Below, piece after piece: positions 31,301-44,547 of a stretch of DNA of 64,000 nucleotides. The number at the start of each line of letters is the position of its first letter. Within the stretch, counting starts at the first letter, position 1. The notes beneath the pieces are model-generated. The model had not been told where the DNA came from, searched no databases, and saw nothing but the letters and a program-made list of their open reading frames with translations. The position numbers and the translations under genes are program-made. The DNA is from Balanoglossus misakiensis (taxonomy: Eukaryota; Animalia; Hemichordata): the NCBI GenBank assembly GCA_040954595.2, contig CM082590.2, positions 8,867,764 through 8,931,763 on the forward strand. The letters are read 5' to 3'.

Positions 31301-34300
31301 AGGTTAAACTTAAAAGTAACTCAACTGCAATTGTCTTTTTTCTTTTTTATCTCGATGAAAGGAAACGTCCATCATAATTTTATAAAACACGACATTTGAA
31401 TTAATTCATTATCTCATATTTCCTTTCCGAATATACATGACAATAATGTCTATTATACCTGATCGAACTTCAGTCAAAATGATTTTCATTTGACTTATTC
31501 TGGCAAAACTAAAGATCTGAAAGGGCGTTGATATTCACGCCCCATTAGTGATTGCGAACATTTTACGGACACACAAAAAACGCTGAAACTTTTGGCATCT
31601 TTCCACATTTTCTGGATGAGATACACTTCTGGCAAACATGCGTGTATAATCGCCCTTTCAAAAAAACTTTGCGACGATAAATTTCAACACGTCACAAACG
31701 CGATTGTTCCTAATTCATCATTCCATGAAAGATATTTCAAAGAGATAAGGGAAACTTTTCGATTAGATGGAAACTTCAGAAATACAATTCTTCACTTCAA
31801 GAAGCCAAAGAAATTACAAAAACGTCAGTGTTGAAATATACCTCAATCAATATCATTACATTTCTGCTTCTTATTCTCTGAGGAAAGCAAAATATTCCTC
31901 AATTATATTTTTTTATCTCTGATATCATATTTCTGATGCAACCGGCATTGCTTATCTGATAATAGAACGATCTAGAATGCTTATCGTCTTCTCTTCCGTA
32001 GGCAATGAAATTTCTGTCTGTCTGTTCACTACAACCCTTGAAGGTGATACAACATTCATATTGTGGAAATGCAAAGTGCTTAGAGTCAGTTTGGGGCGCG
32101 TTGGAAACTTCTGTTCCATCATACTTTTCACAAAACGTATTTATTCCTCAGAGAATCCTTGCAACACAAATTGATGACATACAAGATTGTAGCCTTCTAT
32201 AACCCCTTCCCAAAATGGATTGTCGCCATTGGCTATCATCCACTCTAGTCTTAACGTTTTTTTTCTTTTTATAAAGGACTATACAATTTGAATCAAAAGA
32301 AAATTCAACATACTGTCAAATTGAAGAGTATTGGATATCACTTTTTTAGGAACACAATTATCCTCAGGCGCATTAAACTTTAAAGGGACAAAGCTGCTAA
32401 CTTTTGACATTATTTTCTGTATTTTTAAATTCTTTTGATAGGCATTATATGTTGTTCTACTCACTGAGACATGCTCACTGACCAAGCGTCACAACTTAAC
32501 TGAAAACCCATAAATAGATATTATATATGAATTCTTCCATCCTTTCATTTTTGGTACGTACCAAAAATTATATTCCAGAGGTAATTTTACACACATGCAC
32601 AGGGTGCGAGTGGAGTTATAACTACTGGTCAGTTAGCATGTTCTAGTGAGTAAAACAACAATAGCCCATCAAATGAAACTCAAATCACCGAAATAATGTC
32701 AGAAATTAGCGACTTTGTCCCTCTAAGATAATCCACCCAAGTTCACTTACTTGTGTATTTGCTTGTTTTTGGAATAACTCTGTTGACTTTGCCGTATTTT
32801 TCTGCTTCTTTCGCAGCCTTGGCTGACCACGTTCCCGTGACGATGTAGTCGGCCGTCTGGCTTTCTTTGAGGTTGAGAAGATTGAGGGCGGTGGCCGCGA
32901 ACTGACCAGTGCCACCTCCTTGGAGGAAAAGGATTTTGTAGTTTTCAGGGATAGCTCTGAAAAAGAAAAAATAATTTAATTAAAGATTATGTTAAAATTT
33001 ATGAAATATCACGCCAATGCAATTTTACTTCAACTTTGAAAAAAACAAAATTTTCGATGGAAGTGAGCTGTCATTAGAAACTCCAAAGTTAATTTATACT
33101 CCTGATACCTAATATCCACATTACCATGGCAACAGACATTCTGGAGTAATCATCTATGCAACAACTATAAAAATAACTTAAAATCTACGTTTCTTGTTCC
33201 TGAGGAAAATTCAGAAAAAAAGTAATTTTCCGCTGAAATGAATTTCAATCATAGATTTCAGTATTACTTACAATAAATCTCTCAGATTTGCTTCTGTCAT
33301 CGTCATTATTTTCGCAAAGTCAGCTGATCTGTGACTCAGTTCTGTTGAAACAAAAAAAAATAATCATCGTTATTTCTCTGAAATTAATTCCACATAATTA
33401 CAACAGGATTTAATGACAGATTTGTGAAACCCACACACGTAAATATCACCTACAAACATGCATACATCACATTTCCAGCGTTATTTCTCGTAAGTTTTCA
33501 TCTTGGAAAGTACACTAATATTCTTCATCTTGGAACGATTTTACTCACCCATAACGCTGACTCCTGTGTTTTTATAATTAAGCATCTCTTTCTGAGCCCT
33601 TTGAAGCACCTGTAGCAGAAAAGATTTCAAAGATTTTAAAAATCATAATACCAGTACATCATTTTTAAAAGATTAACATTTACACATGCCGAGGTGCTAA
33701 ATAAGCTAACCCAGGCTAGCCTTGGGTTGACCCTGAGCTGACCCTGTTGGAAACTCTGATCAGATCAGCGCCGTAACCCGCATGTTATCGGCATGTCATT
33801 GGCGTGTGGTACCATCTTCTTTGACGTGTCTATGCATTGTCTAGCACGGAGACAGATAACGCGACAAAAGCACGCGTTGTCGTGACCCAGTCAATAACTC
33901 ACTGGCCAGAATAAGATCCCCTGCCAACCAATGCAATGTTGGAATGCATTCTAAAGACAGTAGCCATCAATTCACAATGACTGTGCAAAAAAATCGAGGG
34001 ACCTGTCCCCAGGGTCTGTCAAGCGCCGGCAAATAATTTACATACGATTTCGGACAGACTTTTAAAGCCAGTTCGCAAACACGCCCAAGATACCAGCAGA
34101 CACCAAGTCTAATTGCATAACCTCTCGTACGTAATCACGTACCCCAGTTACAATCAACCCTTTTCGCAAATTCTTTAGTCTTGCGGAAGATCGCATAGCT
34201 TACTATCAAAGTTTGCTACAGAATATTTATATAATTATATAGAAATAATCAAATAAAATTCTATTTTTAAAAATTCTTTTGTTTATTTTGTACCAAAATC

Positions 34301-37300
34301 ACCCGAGACACTTAAGTATAGACGACACCACAAATCATAGTATATTGTTATTTTGAGGATTTTATCAGCATCACAAGATCAGAATGCAGAAGATCTCGCA
34401 TGATTTTATTTGCTTAACGTTTACGTTTCAAACCAATGTCCCCCGCACTACAATTAACACCGACCCTGCTATTTTAAAATACAGACCTCCAATTTAAATA
34501 TAGAAAACAATGGATTGGAGTAAACCATAGTGATGAAATGGTGGGGTTAACAAAATATCTTTGTAGAAAGTTTTACTAAACCATTATGGCTAGAAACGAC
34601 ACGTAACATAGTCTTGTCCTCAAACACACCTAACGCTCATTTCAGAAATGTTAATTTATTCAAATTTTCCTTCAATGGAATGAATCACCACGTCACACTA
34701 TACATTACATAGTCATCGTGTCGGAAACTTCCAGGTTACGAAAGTTATTTTCTGTTCGATAAAATACTTCAGACAGTCATTTTCTCGGGACAATTAACAA
34801 AACATATGCATTCAGTGAACAAAAGACATTACCAGATTAAAGAAAACCTTTTTTCCTAATGTTATGTTAATTTATGCTAATGATATGGCTTCCCTAAGCA
34901 GCGGTCATGCCATACAGACAACTGTACGGAAATTTCCACATAAAAAAGAAAAAATCCATTTCCCAGCAAACGGAGTTTAATTTCACCCGAAAAGCGTTGG
35001 AAATGTAGGAAACGACATGTTTTGAGCAATAAATGGAATGAAACAGATTTCTTAATGTCAAAAATCTGATGCTGTTGGTTGCAAAAAAGCTACCCTAGCG
35101 ACACCTTGCAGGTCAAAAGTTCAATCAATTTTCTTAACACACGGACGGAAATTTCCCCCGACCAAATCTATGAAAAGCTAAACAAAACTGGAAATTCCGA
35201 GTTTAAACCTTGATCTCTGGAAACTTTTCTAAAATAAGTCATCTGGAAAAAGTTAAAAATTGATTTGAAATAAGCACGTGTCAAGTCATGGAGTGATTGC
35301 AATGCATGAAGGAAACTTCCGAAGATTTTTTTTTTCTGGTCCAGTTTCAGTGCAAACGGTAAACTTTGTACTTTCAACACTTCAACGATTTTAATTACTG
35401 AAATAAATCGCACACTTCAATTCTTACTTCTTTTTCTTTCCTTAAACACTTCTTTCTTGACAATCGAAGAAAAGAATGTCTAACTTACATAGTGGCCCAG
35501 TGCAGAAATGTCAATTTCATGAAACAGATAATCTTTTATCCATGCAATTAACATACATGTACTGTCCAATGCAATGTACAGCACATGCCATATTCCTAGA
35601 GCTAATGTTGCTCTTTTCTTTTACAAAAAAAGTGCCTGGAACTAGAATGGACCACGAAATATAATAATTATTCTTAAATATTTTATATTTTTCAGGTTTC
35701 TTCAAAATTTACTTTGCATACCAAATGCTCTGATTGTTTGTCAAACATTATAATTAACTTTAATATATTTATAGCATTAGCATTGCATTAATATTCTTCA
35801 GAATCAGCATAAAACAATTGAATTGGTCAAAAGACAATGAGAAACATTACATAAAGTCGTATGTTCTAACTTCCCATATTTTCAATAGATTGCTAATTAA
35901 TGCTACTGTTTAATGATTCATGTGACCTGTTACATAACTATTGTTCTGTCTATCAGCTGATGGCTTTGTATGATAATCAGCCCACACTGCCTGGGTTCTC
36001 AAAATTTTCCATGAAGCCTGCTGGTTCAAGTTATGACATTATCTTAATACTATCAGCAAATAGGACCATAAACCAAAATTATCACCCTGTCTAGACTTTG
36101 AAAGAGTTTGATGGAGAAACGGTAGAATTTAGAATCCAATATACAGAAATGTATTACCGCCCTGAAACTGACAGAGATAGGGACACAGACCCCTGGACAA
36201 ATGCATATTTTATTCACAGTATTATAAACCCAAATCCCTTGAATTTTTGGAAATAATGATTAACTGCTCACATTGGAAGCATTAGATCACGTTCTGGACG
36301 GAACGCCTATTCCAGATGTTATTTACAGTGTATTCCTGCAATATTATGGCTGATGCAATACAGCCAATGTTATGCCTATGGGTCAGTGCAGGCATATGGA
36401 AATCCATTGGGACATTATAAAAGAAAAACTCGCCTTAGTTTACGCGAGAAATCAGACTAAAACACTATTAAAATTGAATATTTTGGGTGATCAGACATTT
36501 AATATATACAGTTCCGCACAAAATATGACTTCTTCTGTCAATATCTGCCGTTGTTGTCAGTTTCACGATTGGTCACGACGCGATCGACCTCATAAACCAG
36601 TTTCTATTTCTGTGTTTATCGTTCGATCCCTAACGAATTACGTCAAATTTTGTGTATAGGGACAGGGGACGAGAAATGTACAACCGGACAGTATTTGACT
36701 GTTATCCTAAAATGCCCACGATCATAAGTAACCATGACAACATGTATACTTTCCCGCGGATTCACACAAAGCCACGCGTCGGTACGAGATGTAAACAATT
36801 GTTTACTTTGCCGTCTAAACAACTTTCTCACGGTGACAAGTCGGTCTCTAACTCGCCCCATCGCTTGATCGTCACTTAGCAACACGAAGAAACTTACAAA
36901 TCTACAAAATCGACATCAACAAGGATATTTTGCTTTCCCTGATCGCCAAAACAAAGCCGAAATCGAGAGCGTACAAAAAAGGGCGCGCCTACTAACACAA
37001 CGGACAGCTGACTTTATGTAAACGGAGACTGTCTGATCAACCGGCGAGTTTGTCTCTAACGCCGGGGAGTCGTGCATTTGCCGGACTTGAAACACTGCAC
37101 TCCAGATCGGCGTGCTGAGGCAAAAATGCCGATCGAGGACAAATTTATCTTAGATTACCTATTAGAGACTCTTAAATTTGACATCAGGACCAAAGATATT
37201 ATTCCGATCTCATTTATACACGTATAGTGTCGTCTCGACAACCAACACATGCACATACATAGCAGACGCCCTTTGATAGCAGACCGCGTGCACATACAAG

Positions 37301-37406
37301 GCGCAGATTTGGGGAATTATTATATAAAATACCAAAAAATAATACTTACAGCTTCTGGCAATTTGGCTGGGCCAGGTGCGAAATTGATTACTCTTCCTTC
37401 CGACAT
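25387..37406 (-). CDS. PSAT1: Phosphoserine aminotransferase, 10 exons, ~368 aa
   Basis: Exons 37350-37406, 33549-33609, 33272-33341, 32751-32956, 29639-29716, 27676-27770, 27042-27211, 26413-26541, 26012-26149, 25387-25489. Motifs: [55 protein letters not shown] (PLP lysine), [26 protein letters not shown]. Confidence 0.97.
26528..26915. repeat. Three-copy ~120-130-bp tandem repeat overlapping the PSAT1 exon 8 acceptor
   Basis: AGCAATCAGGAAGAAGCCATTAAAATACTGACCAATCA...AAAAGGTCTAC occurs three times. Confidence 0.9.
32384..32722. mobile_element. Kolobok-like MITE sharing the AGGGACAAAG terminus, different interior
   Basis: TTAA|AGGGACAAAGCTGCTAACTTTTGACATTATTT ... AAATAATGTCAGAAATTAGCGACTTTGTCCCT|CTAA. 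It ends 28 bp from a PSAT1 exon. Confidence 0.75.
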
Positions 37407-37499
37407 TTTTGATCTGAATTGATGGAGAAAATCTCGGAATATACCGCAGATGTTCGTGGGCAAGGACTCGTATCGACTGAAAGAGACAGAAGAGTGGAA

Positions 37500-37630
37500 A
37501 TATTCAGGTTTTGTGTGAGTACTCTATGACTGGAACTATCACGCGAACCATATTTAAATGAGTTGCCGGCTTGTGGCTGATTGGTCAATCTACGTAGCCT
37601 TCACGTGAACATCATGAATATTTATGAGCG
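37500..37630 (-). promoter_or_regulatory. Probable PSAT1 core promoter
   Basis: About 100-220 bp upstream of the ATG: TATA-like TTTAAATA (~37551-37558), CCAATCAG (~37578-37585) and CACGTG (37602-37607). Confidence 0.5.
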
Positions 37631-40600
37631 GCGAGGAAATTTCCAGTTTGACCTGGGACTTTACCATTCGCTAAAGGGTCGTCAGATGAATATTATGAGG
37701 GACTGATTAATCTTTTTACCACGATAAAACAGTAAAAATACCATTAAAACTCAAATTTAACAAGCATTTATGAATTTCCTGAACGTAAAATATGATTTAA
37801 TGCCTGATTTTTGTAAGTTTGAAGGAATTAAAACGATAAAAAGTTTATGTAATCCTTTTCACGTCAGAACCGTTATGACCTTATCGAACGCTTAGACTGT
37901 TCCACTTACGTCAGTAGGAGTGAGGGAAACCCTCTCAGCTTCGCCGTTGCTGAAACTTCGCCAAAACTTTACCAAAACGGTCAAAGGGTCGCTTTTCACA
38001 TTCGCAAACATGACTAAATGGATTTATGAACGAAAACAACTTACTAGTTACAATAACGTCAAATGAATATAAAAGTGGGGTTATTTCAAAGGCCAAGCCA
38101 TTTCTTAGAGTACTCAAAAACCATGTAAAATGTTTTTTTCCTGTCAAAAATATTGACGCAGTTTTATGATGCAGGATTTAATGCTGGGCTTTCATTCAAA
38201 GACCACTAGCTGACGTCAGGATTACTTGAAAACGTAAGAAATTCTTCTTCTCAGATTTGAAATTTGTCACACTATGAAAGACATGCAGCTGATACATATA
38301 TAATGCAATTTTGTTGTCATTGAAAATCTTATGATTAATCACCTGTCTTAATTAATATGAGTGACTTAAGTTTTATAATATAGGTTTTGTAATACGCTTA
38401 AATTATTTTCTCCATACAAAATGGAGGTTATGGGGCGATATTTTGGTGAAAGGTCGTATATGCACATTTCGATTTGAGGGTACTTTTCTATTTTCAGAAA
38501 TTATCCGCACCAGGCACCGTATAGTGTGAACAAAATTCACCCCCATATGACTACTGTATCTGGTGGCTTTTTGCATAAATCGTCTCTATCTCTCTACGGT
38601 CGATCAGTCAGAGAAGGAAAACATTACACCAAGAAGAATTTTCCAGAAGGCGACATTTGTTTCATCCAGTTAGAAGGAAATATCAATTTTCAAGTAAACT
38701 GGAGAAAAATACTTTACCATGACATTTTAAAAGCATTGCGTTTCTCTTTTTGTTACTATATAGTCGCTCATTCCTACGGGACTAACAATTTCAATTGAAA
38801 ACATTCTCTTTTCTCCTTTTAAAGTGTGTGCCCACGTAATAATATAAAAACAAGTATCACAATGTGAAAATTCACTTCCGAATAAAACATGAAAAAGAAA
38901 TTGACAACTCAATTGCTTCTTACAAAGGCCGCAAAAACAAGCTTCTCCATGGCGACGATTGACGTCACAATATATGCGTGACGTCACGGATCATTTACAT
39001 ATGATCGCTTGTGTTGATGGGGACAACATGACATTGGAATTTAATTGGATTTTCAGATTATCACCGGCACAGAACAACCAGTGGGGAATTGGTAAAGGAA
39101 AGGTTATCGCACAGAAGTTAATAAAACAAGCTTTCGGGACACCGCTGGGAAAGAAATTGACTTAAAGGAGAACCTATCATTTTTTTCATTACACATTTGT
39201 TCCATTTTGTCCTGAGAATGTGGGTTTATAGAGTCACTATTTATAGACTGGACAGATTTTAGATTTTAAAATTTGAAACTCCTTTAATAAACTGACTCAT
39301 TTTAAAGGGATATTGGCTGAATCTTTAGCTTTGTTTCAGTAGTTTCTGTGTACCAAAACACAATTTTCTCATTCTACCCTTATCATCATTCTTATATACC
39401 AAGCACTCCACTTAGCCTTATGTGTGTAACTACCATACTATGTTGTTGTTGTTGTTGTTGTTGTTGTTGACAAATGAATTCTAGACTAGAGTACGTACAA
39501 ATTTTGCACAATAACAATGCTGACTATACATATAGGTTGTGTTTATAGACTGGATATTGGCATTTCATGGGTTTCAGGAAGTTGAACAAGATGTTAGGCA
39601 ATGATGTAATGGATGAGGAAAAGCAATCAATGGTTGTCACGCAATATTCTCTATCTGTACTGAAACCGGACACGGGAAGGACACGCGCACGAAGATCACC
39701 ATGGAAACAAGACACAGATCAGGAATGGAGTTTAAAACAGGAAAACTCACACTGAATCCTCTCCTTCCAAGCACAACACATACGTACGGATCTTTCATGT
39801 AATTCAACCTATAATCGATTATCGCTGTAATCGTCTATCGAAGTAATCAGTGTTTCATTTTTTCGGCCAATGCAACCTATGCTATTTATGTGATATTCAT
39901 GAGCTTACGTCACAAAGAACTGGCTCCATCATTCTGTGTTTTTCTGAAACAAACATTTGAAGATAAGCCTTAATGATATCTTCCTTATCTCCTTTAAGAT
40001 CCCCCGAAGAAAAATGACCAAATGGAGTGGGCGCGCGCGACAGCCTTAGGACGCAGATGACAACTCACGCGCGACAAGACGTCATTTCCGGTTTCACCCA
40101 AACCCATCAAATACAAACTTCTGAATCTTTTAACGCTTTCGCTATCTTATCAGAGCAGCGCTCGGGGGACACCTATATCCACCTGGGTCATTTCGAAGTC
40201 AGTAGTTTAATAAGCAATACACTTCCCTCGGACTAGAGTCGTAATTTGTCGCCGTTTTAAACATTTGGCTTGACTTATGATTTGAAATATTACCAAAGGA
40301 GACGTCTACTTTTACCCAGGTGGGAAAAAAACGACAGCAAGAGATGATATATACAGCTAGGTGATCGTAAAGCAGTACAAACACAATGCAGAATTATTTC
40401 ACCCGAAATCGCTGCAATATTTTTAAATCAAAGAAGCTTGTGGTTGATTATTTACCAATGTTGAGATACGTTTTTGTTATATGTTTTCGGAAAGCTTTCG
40501 TTTACAATTAATCTTCGTGCCCACCAAGTACCTAATATTACTAGAAAACGATTATACGCCCTCTGTTGGAGAAGGCACACAGTACAGGCAGACGTTTCAG

Positions 40601-41640
40601 TACAAACGTTGTTGTTTTGCTCACGACTTTGGTGTTGAAACGACAATTTAAAATTCATATTAAACCATTTAGCCTGCAGTATTACTTGGAGGAAATTAAA
40701 GTATATTGGACACAATTATTTCAAACTATTCCCGATTATTTTCGAATTATTCCAATTACCGCGATATGATGCGTTATTATTCCATGTTTTGAAATCATGG
40801 AAGTTAAGGAAATGGTGCCTTTGGCGAAATGAAAATGGGATTTTCCTTGGAAAAGTGTTTTTATTTAGTCGCGAAGGCGTTTGTGTTGTTTCATAAGAAT
40901 TCTCTAACACTTTCATAAAAGTCATAACTCGCAGACCTACCTATAGAAATTCACCATTCTTGCTGTTTTGAGTGAAACGGAAATCGCCCTGTTTCTAAAA
41001 TTTGACAGCTTTTCATCGAAAGAAATCACATTTTGTCAATGGCGTTTTGATTGTGGAGTAAATTAAGTCTATTTATAGACAGAGAAATTGCTTCTTTGAA
41101 AGACACTTAGAAACAACAGTCTGAGATTTCAGGTTTAAGCGTGTGTTGGCGTGATGCCTTTGATTGAGTTGTTCAGATTCGCGTGACGCAGAATAAATTT
41201 GTCTGCAGAGAAGAAATAAAGTGAATATCGCTTTCTTTTGACGCTAATTTGTGCTTAACTTATATTTCACGTCAAATCGTCTGTCGTCTGCCAAATTGAA
41301 AGTGATATATTGTCGTCAGCATTTCGCCTTCCTTCGCGAGTCGTTGTCATTCACAAAGTGAACGGACAAACGTCACTAAAAACCGCTATTGCAACCGTGG
41401 GAGTCAATATTTACCGTGCAAATCTGATGATATCCGATAACGGTCATTGTTGGGTCGTTTAATGCCAATAAAAGCCTCGTCTATTACCGATAACAAGTCA
41501 TTATCACCTTATATCTGATGATGATTGGAAAGGGACGTCCGGTGATAGCTGAAGTTCAGGTTAATTTAATACCGTGAGGAGTGTTGGTACTGGTAATTTG
41601 TAGCAATGGTATGTTATTCGAAGATTTGATGATATTGCAA

Positions 41641-42065
<425 letters not shown>

Positions 42066-43275
42066 AAACTATATTTCATAACACATGTACGTAGACACTG
42101 TCAGACAGATAGAGAGAGAACTTGGTTTTGAGAACACATGAGAGCTCGGTCAATTCTTTCTGGTCATCTTAGTGGATAGACCCTTATTAGAAAAACAAGA
42201 ATGCCCATCGCCTTATCTCCCTTAACTCCGCTCGTGTAAATCCCTCAACATCCTGTGAAGATTATCATTTACTCGACGTTGCCATGGAGACCACTTTCTC
42301 CTGGTTCTCACCTTTCCGCCCTACTGAGCAGCGTCTTTGAGAAGCCAAGCCGCGAAGCCAGGCGGCGTCTTCATCCGTTGATGCATTATACACAGACCGT
42401 ATCGTCCAGTCCAAGATGGTGGTTACAAACGTAAACCTTAACACAACGAACGACACTGATTTATAAGAAGTTTTTATTTATGTGCATCAACCATGTTGAA
42501 TACTTAGAATGCTAAACATCCATCTTCTCAACACATCTTGTGAGTTTTATGGGTCGTTCTCGTTGGCAGCCTAACGCCAGGCCAATTTGTTTGAGATGTA
42601 AGCTTACTTTCATCACCATGAGAACGTATAATGTGACACAAGTCAGAAGAACACTGCAGTGATGGACGTACGGAGCTTGTCTTATGGTGGCGCAATTGTG
42701 ACGCGCCCCAAAGTGATGATCTGTCAACGGCTACATCTCCAGTATCATGACTAGATTAATGCAACTAACTGTTTCCTTTACTCAAACAAAAGGAAAAAAT
42801 TCTTCTATGTGTAAGTACTTGATCAACCATTAGGTTTTAAAAGCGAATCTAACACCAAATGCCCACATGTCAATTTGAAACGAAATGTGACGATTGTGTT
42901 CAGAATTGAAGTCTTTGTCAGCCCTCGACGTGGAATTTTATTTCTTCCAATTCAAAGTAAAAGTTTTTTTTAAAACCTCGTCAAAAGAACTGGCGCTCTG
43001 TTTCCTTGGCAACCAGTACGTCATCGGAAGAACTGGGCGCGCAAAGTGAAACGCACGCTGATCCCTGAGATTTGCGTTCATGAAATGACTTGTTACGGTT
43101 GGCTTCTCAAGAGCAGAGAATGACAGAAGGATGCATTAAATGAATAAACTTATCTATAAACAATCGCCCAGGGCTTTATTGTAAAGCTATATAAGCCCCC
43201 AGTTTACTGAAAACAGCATTTACCCTCCATAATTGAAATCTGAGCAGCGATTTGCTAGAAATCTATCTCGGCCAT

Positions 43276-43285
43276 CTCTCTCTCT

Positions 43286-43356
<71 letters not shown>

Positions 43357-43372
43357 TCTCTCTCCTCTTTCT
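43276..43372. repeat. (CT)n microsatellite
   Basis: Read directly from the sequence. Confidence 0.95.
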
Positions 43373-44547
43373 CAAAAATAGTTAATCTATAAATCTTAAG
43401 ATATGCGTGAAGAGTACTCATGTAACCAACGTGTATTAGTGTGCAAAACAAATTGAAAACCCATCAAAAGTTAGTGAATTTGTGTCTTTAAAGTTAATAT
43501 CGAAAGTAACGTTGCTAATCACGGCACATTTCAGATGAAGGAGGGACACTATGATCTGAAAACTTTCCACTATAAATGGAGAATTACGCTAATCTGTTGT
43601 GGAATTCTCTTCTGTGCATTCCTCATTGAACGATGTCCATTCAAAGCTTGTTTGTGAATCGAACCACACGTGTCTGTGAAATTGAATTAGCGAACATCGC
43701 AGCTCACTTGAGACACTATAAACTATCAATCTAGAAAATAAATTGCTGAGTTCGACTTTGTACATTGCCTGGCAATTACTACTGTAATGAAAGAATTGAC
43801 TCACCGCAATCGTCTTAAGTCCCTTTCTTCGCTTTCAGTCAAACTACCTTTCCAGTAACTAGACTCGTCGCTCATGTCGACAACTTCATAAACCTCACAC
43901 ACGCTCGATTCTTGTACTCCACTCGACCGATGTCCTTCGTCTGCTCGGCGACCGGGACGTTAGCGACCCACGTTCCGCTTCGAAGCGATAAATTACTTGA
44001 TTTAGCGCAAGTTGTAGACACAGAGACTGCATTTCAACAGAGAGGACATTTAATGGCTTATTTATGCAGTGGTTATTCGCAGTCACACACGTGAAGGAAA
44101 TATTCATTCATTTTTGTTCAGGGTTTCTTCCGGAGTCGCTATCTCAGGTGTGTGGGTTTGAGGGCGCTGATCAGCGTGATTTTTGAATGAAAAGTTTGAA
44201 ACGTGTGTCAAACAAATGATTTTTATTCAGTCCAGCCACAGAAAGCATGTTTTGGCCAAGAAATGGCCAAAAAAGTGTCTTTTTCTTACTTCTTGTCAGA
44301 GCAAAAAATCGATGGTATATTGGGGATTTTTCTCACCCAATCGGAGCCGCAAACCCGATATGGCTTATTCATAATGTTTTTACAAACTTTCCAGTTCATT
44401 TTTTATTCATTTTACGTAGATAATAAGGATCATAAAGTGTTTATATCACTTTAGTCGTTTTCATACGAAGGGGAAGTGCGCCCTCAAGGCCAGGACCACC
44501 CGGCAACAAGACCATCAACGCATCGATCGTAACACATTTCTATCAAA

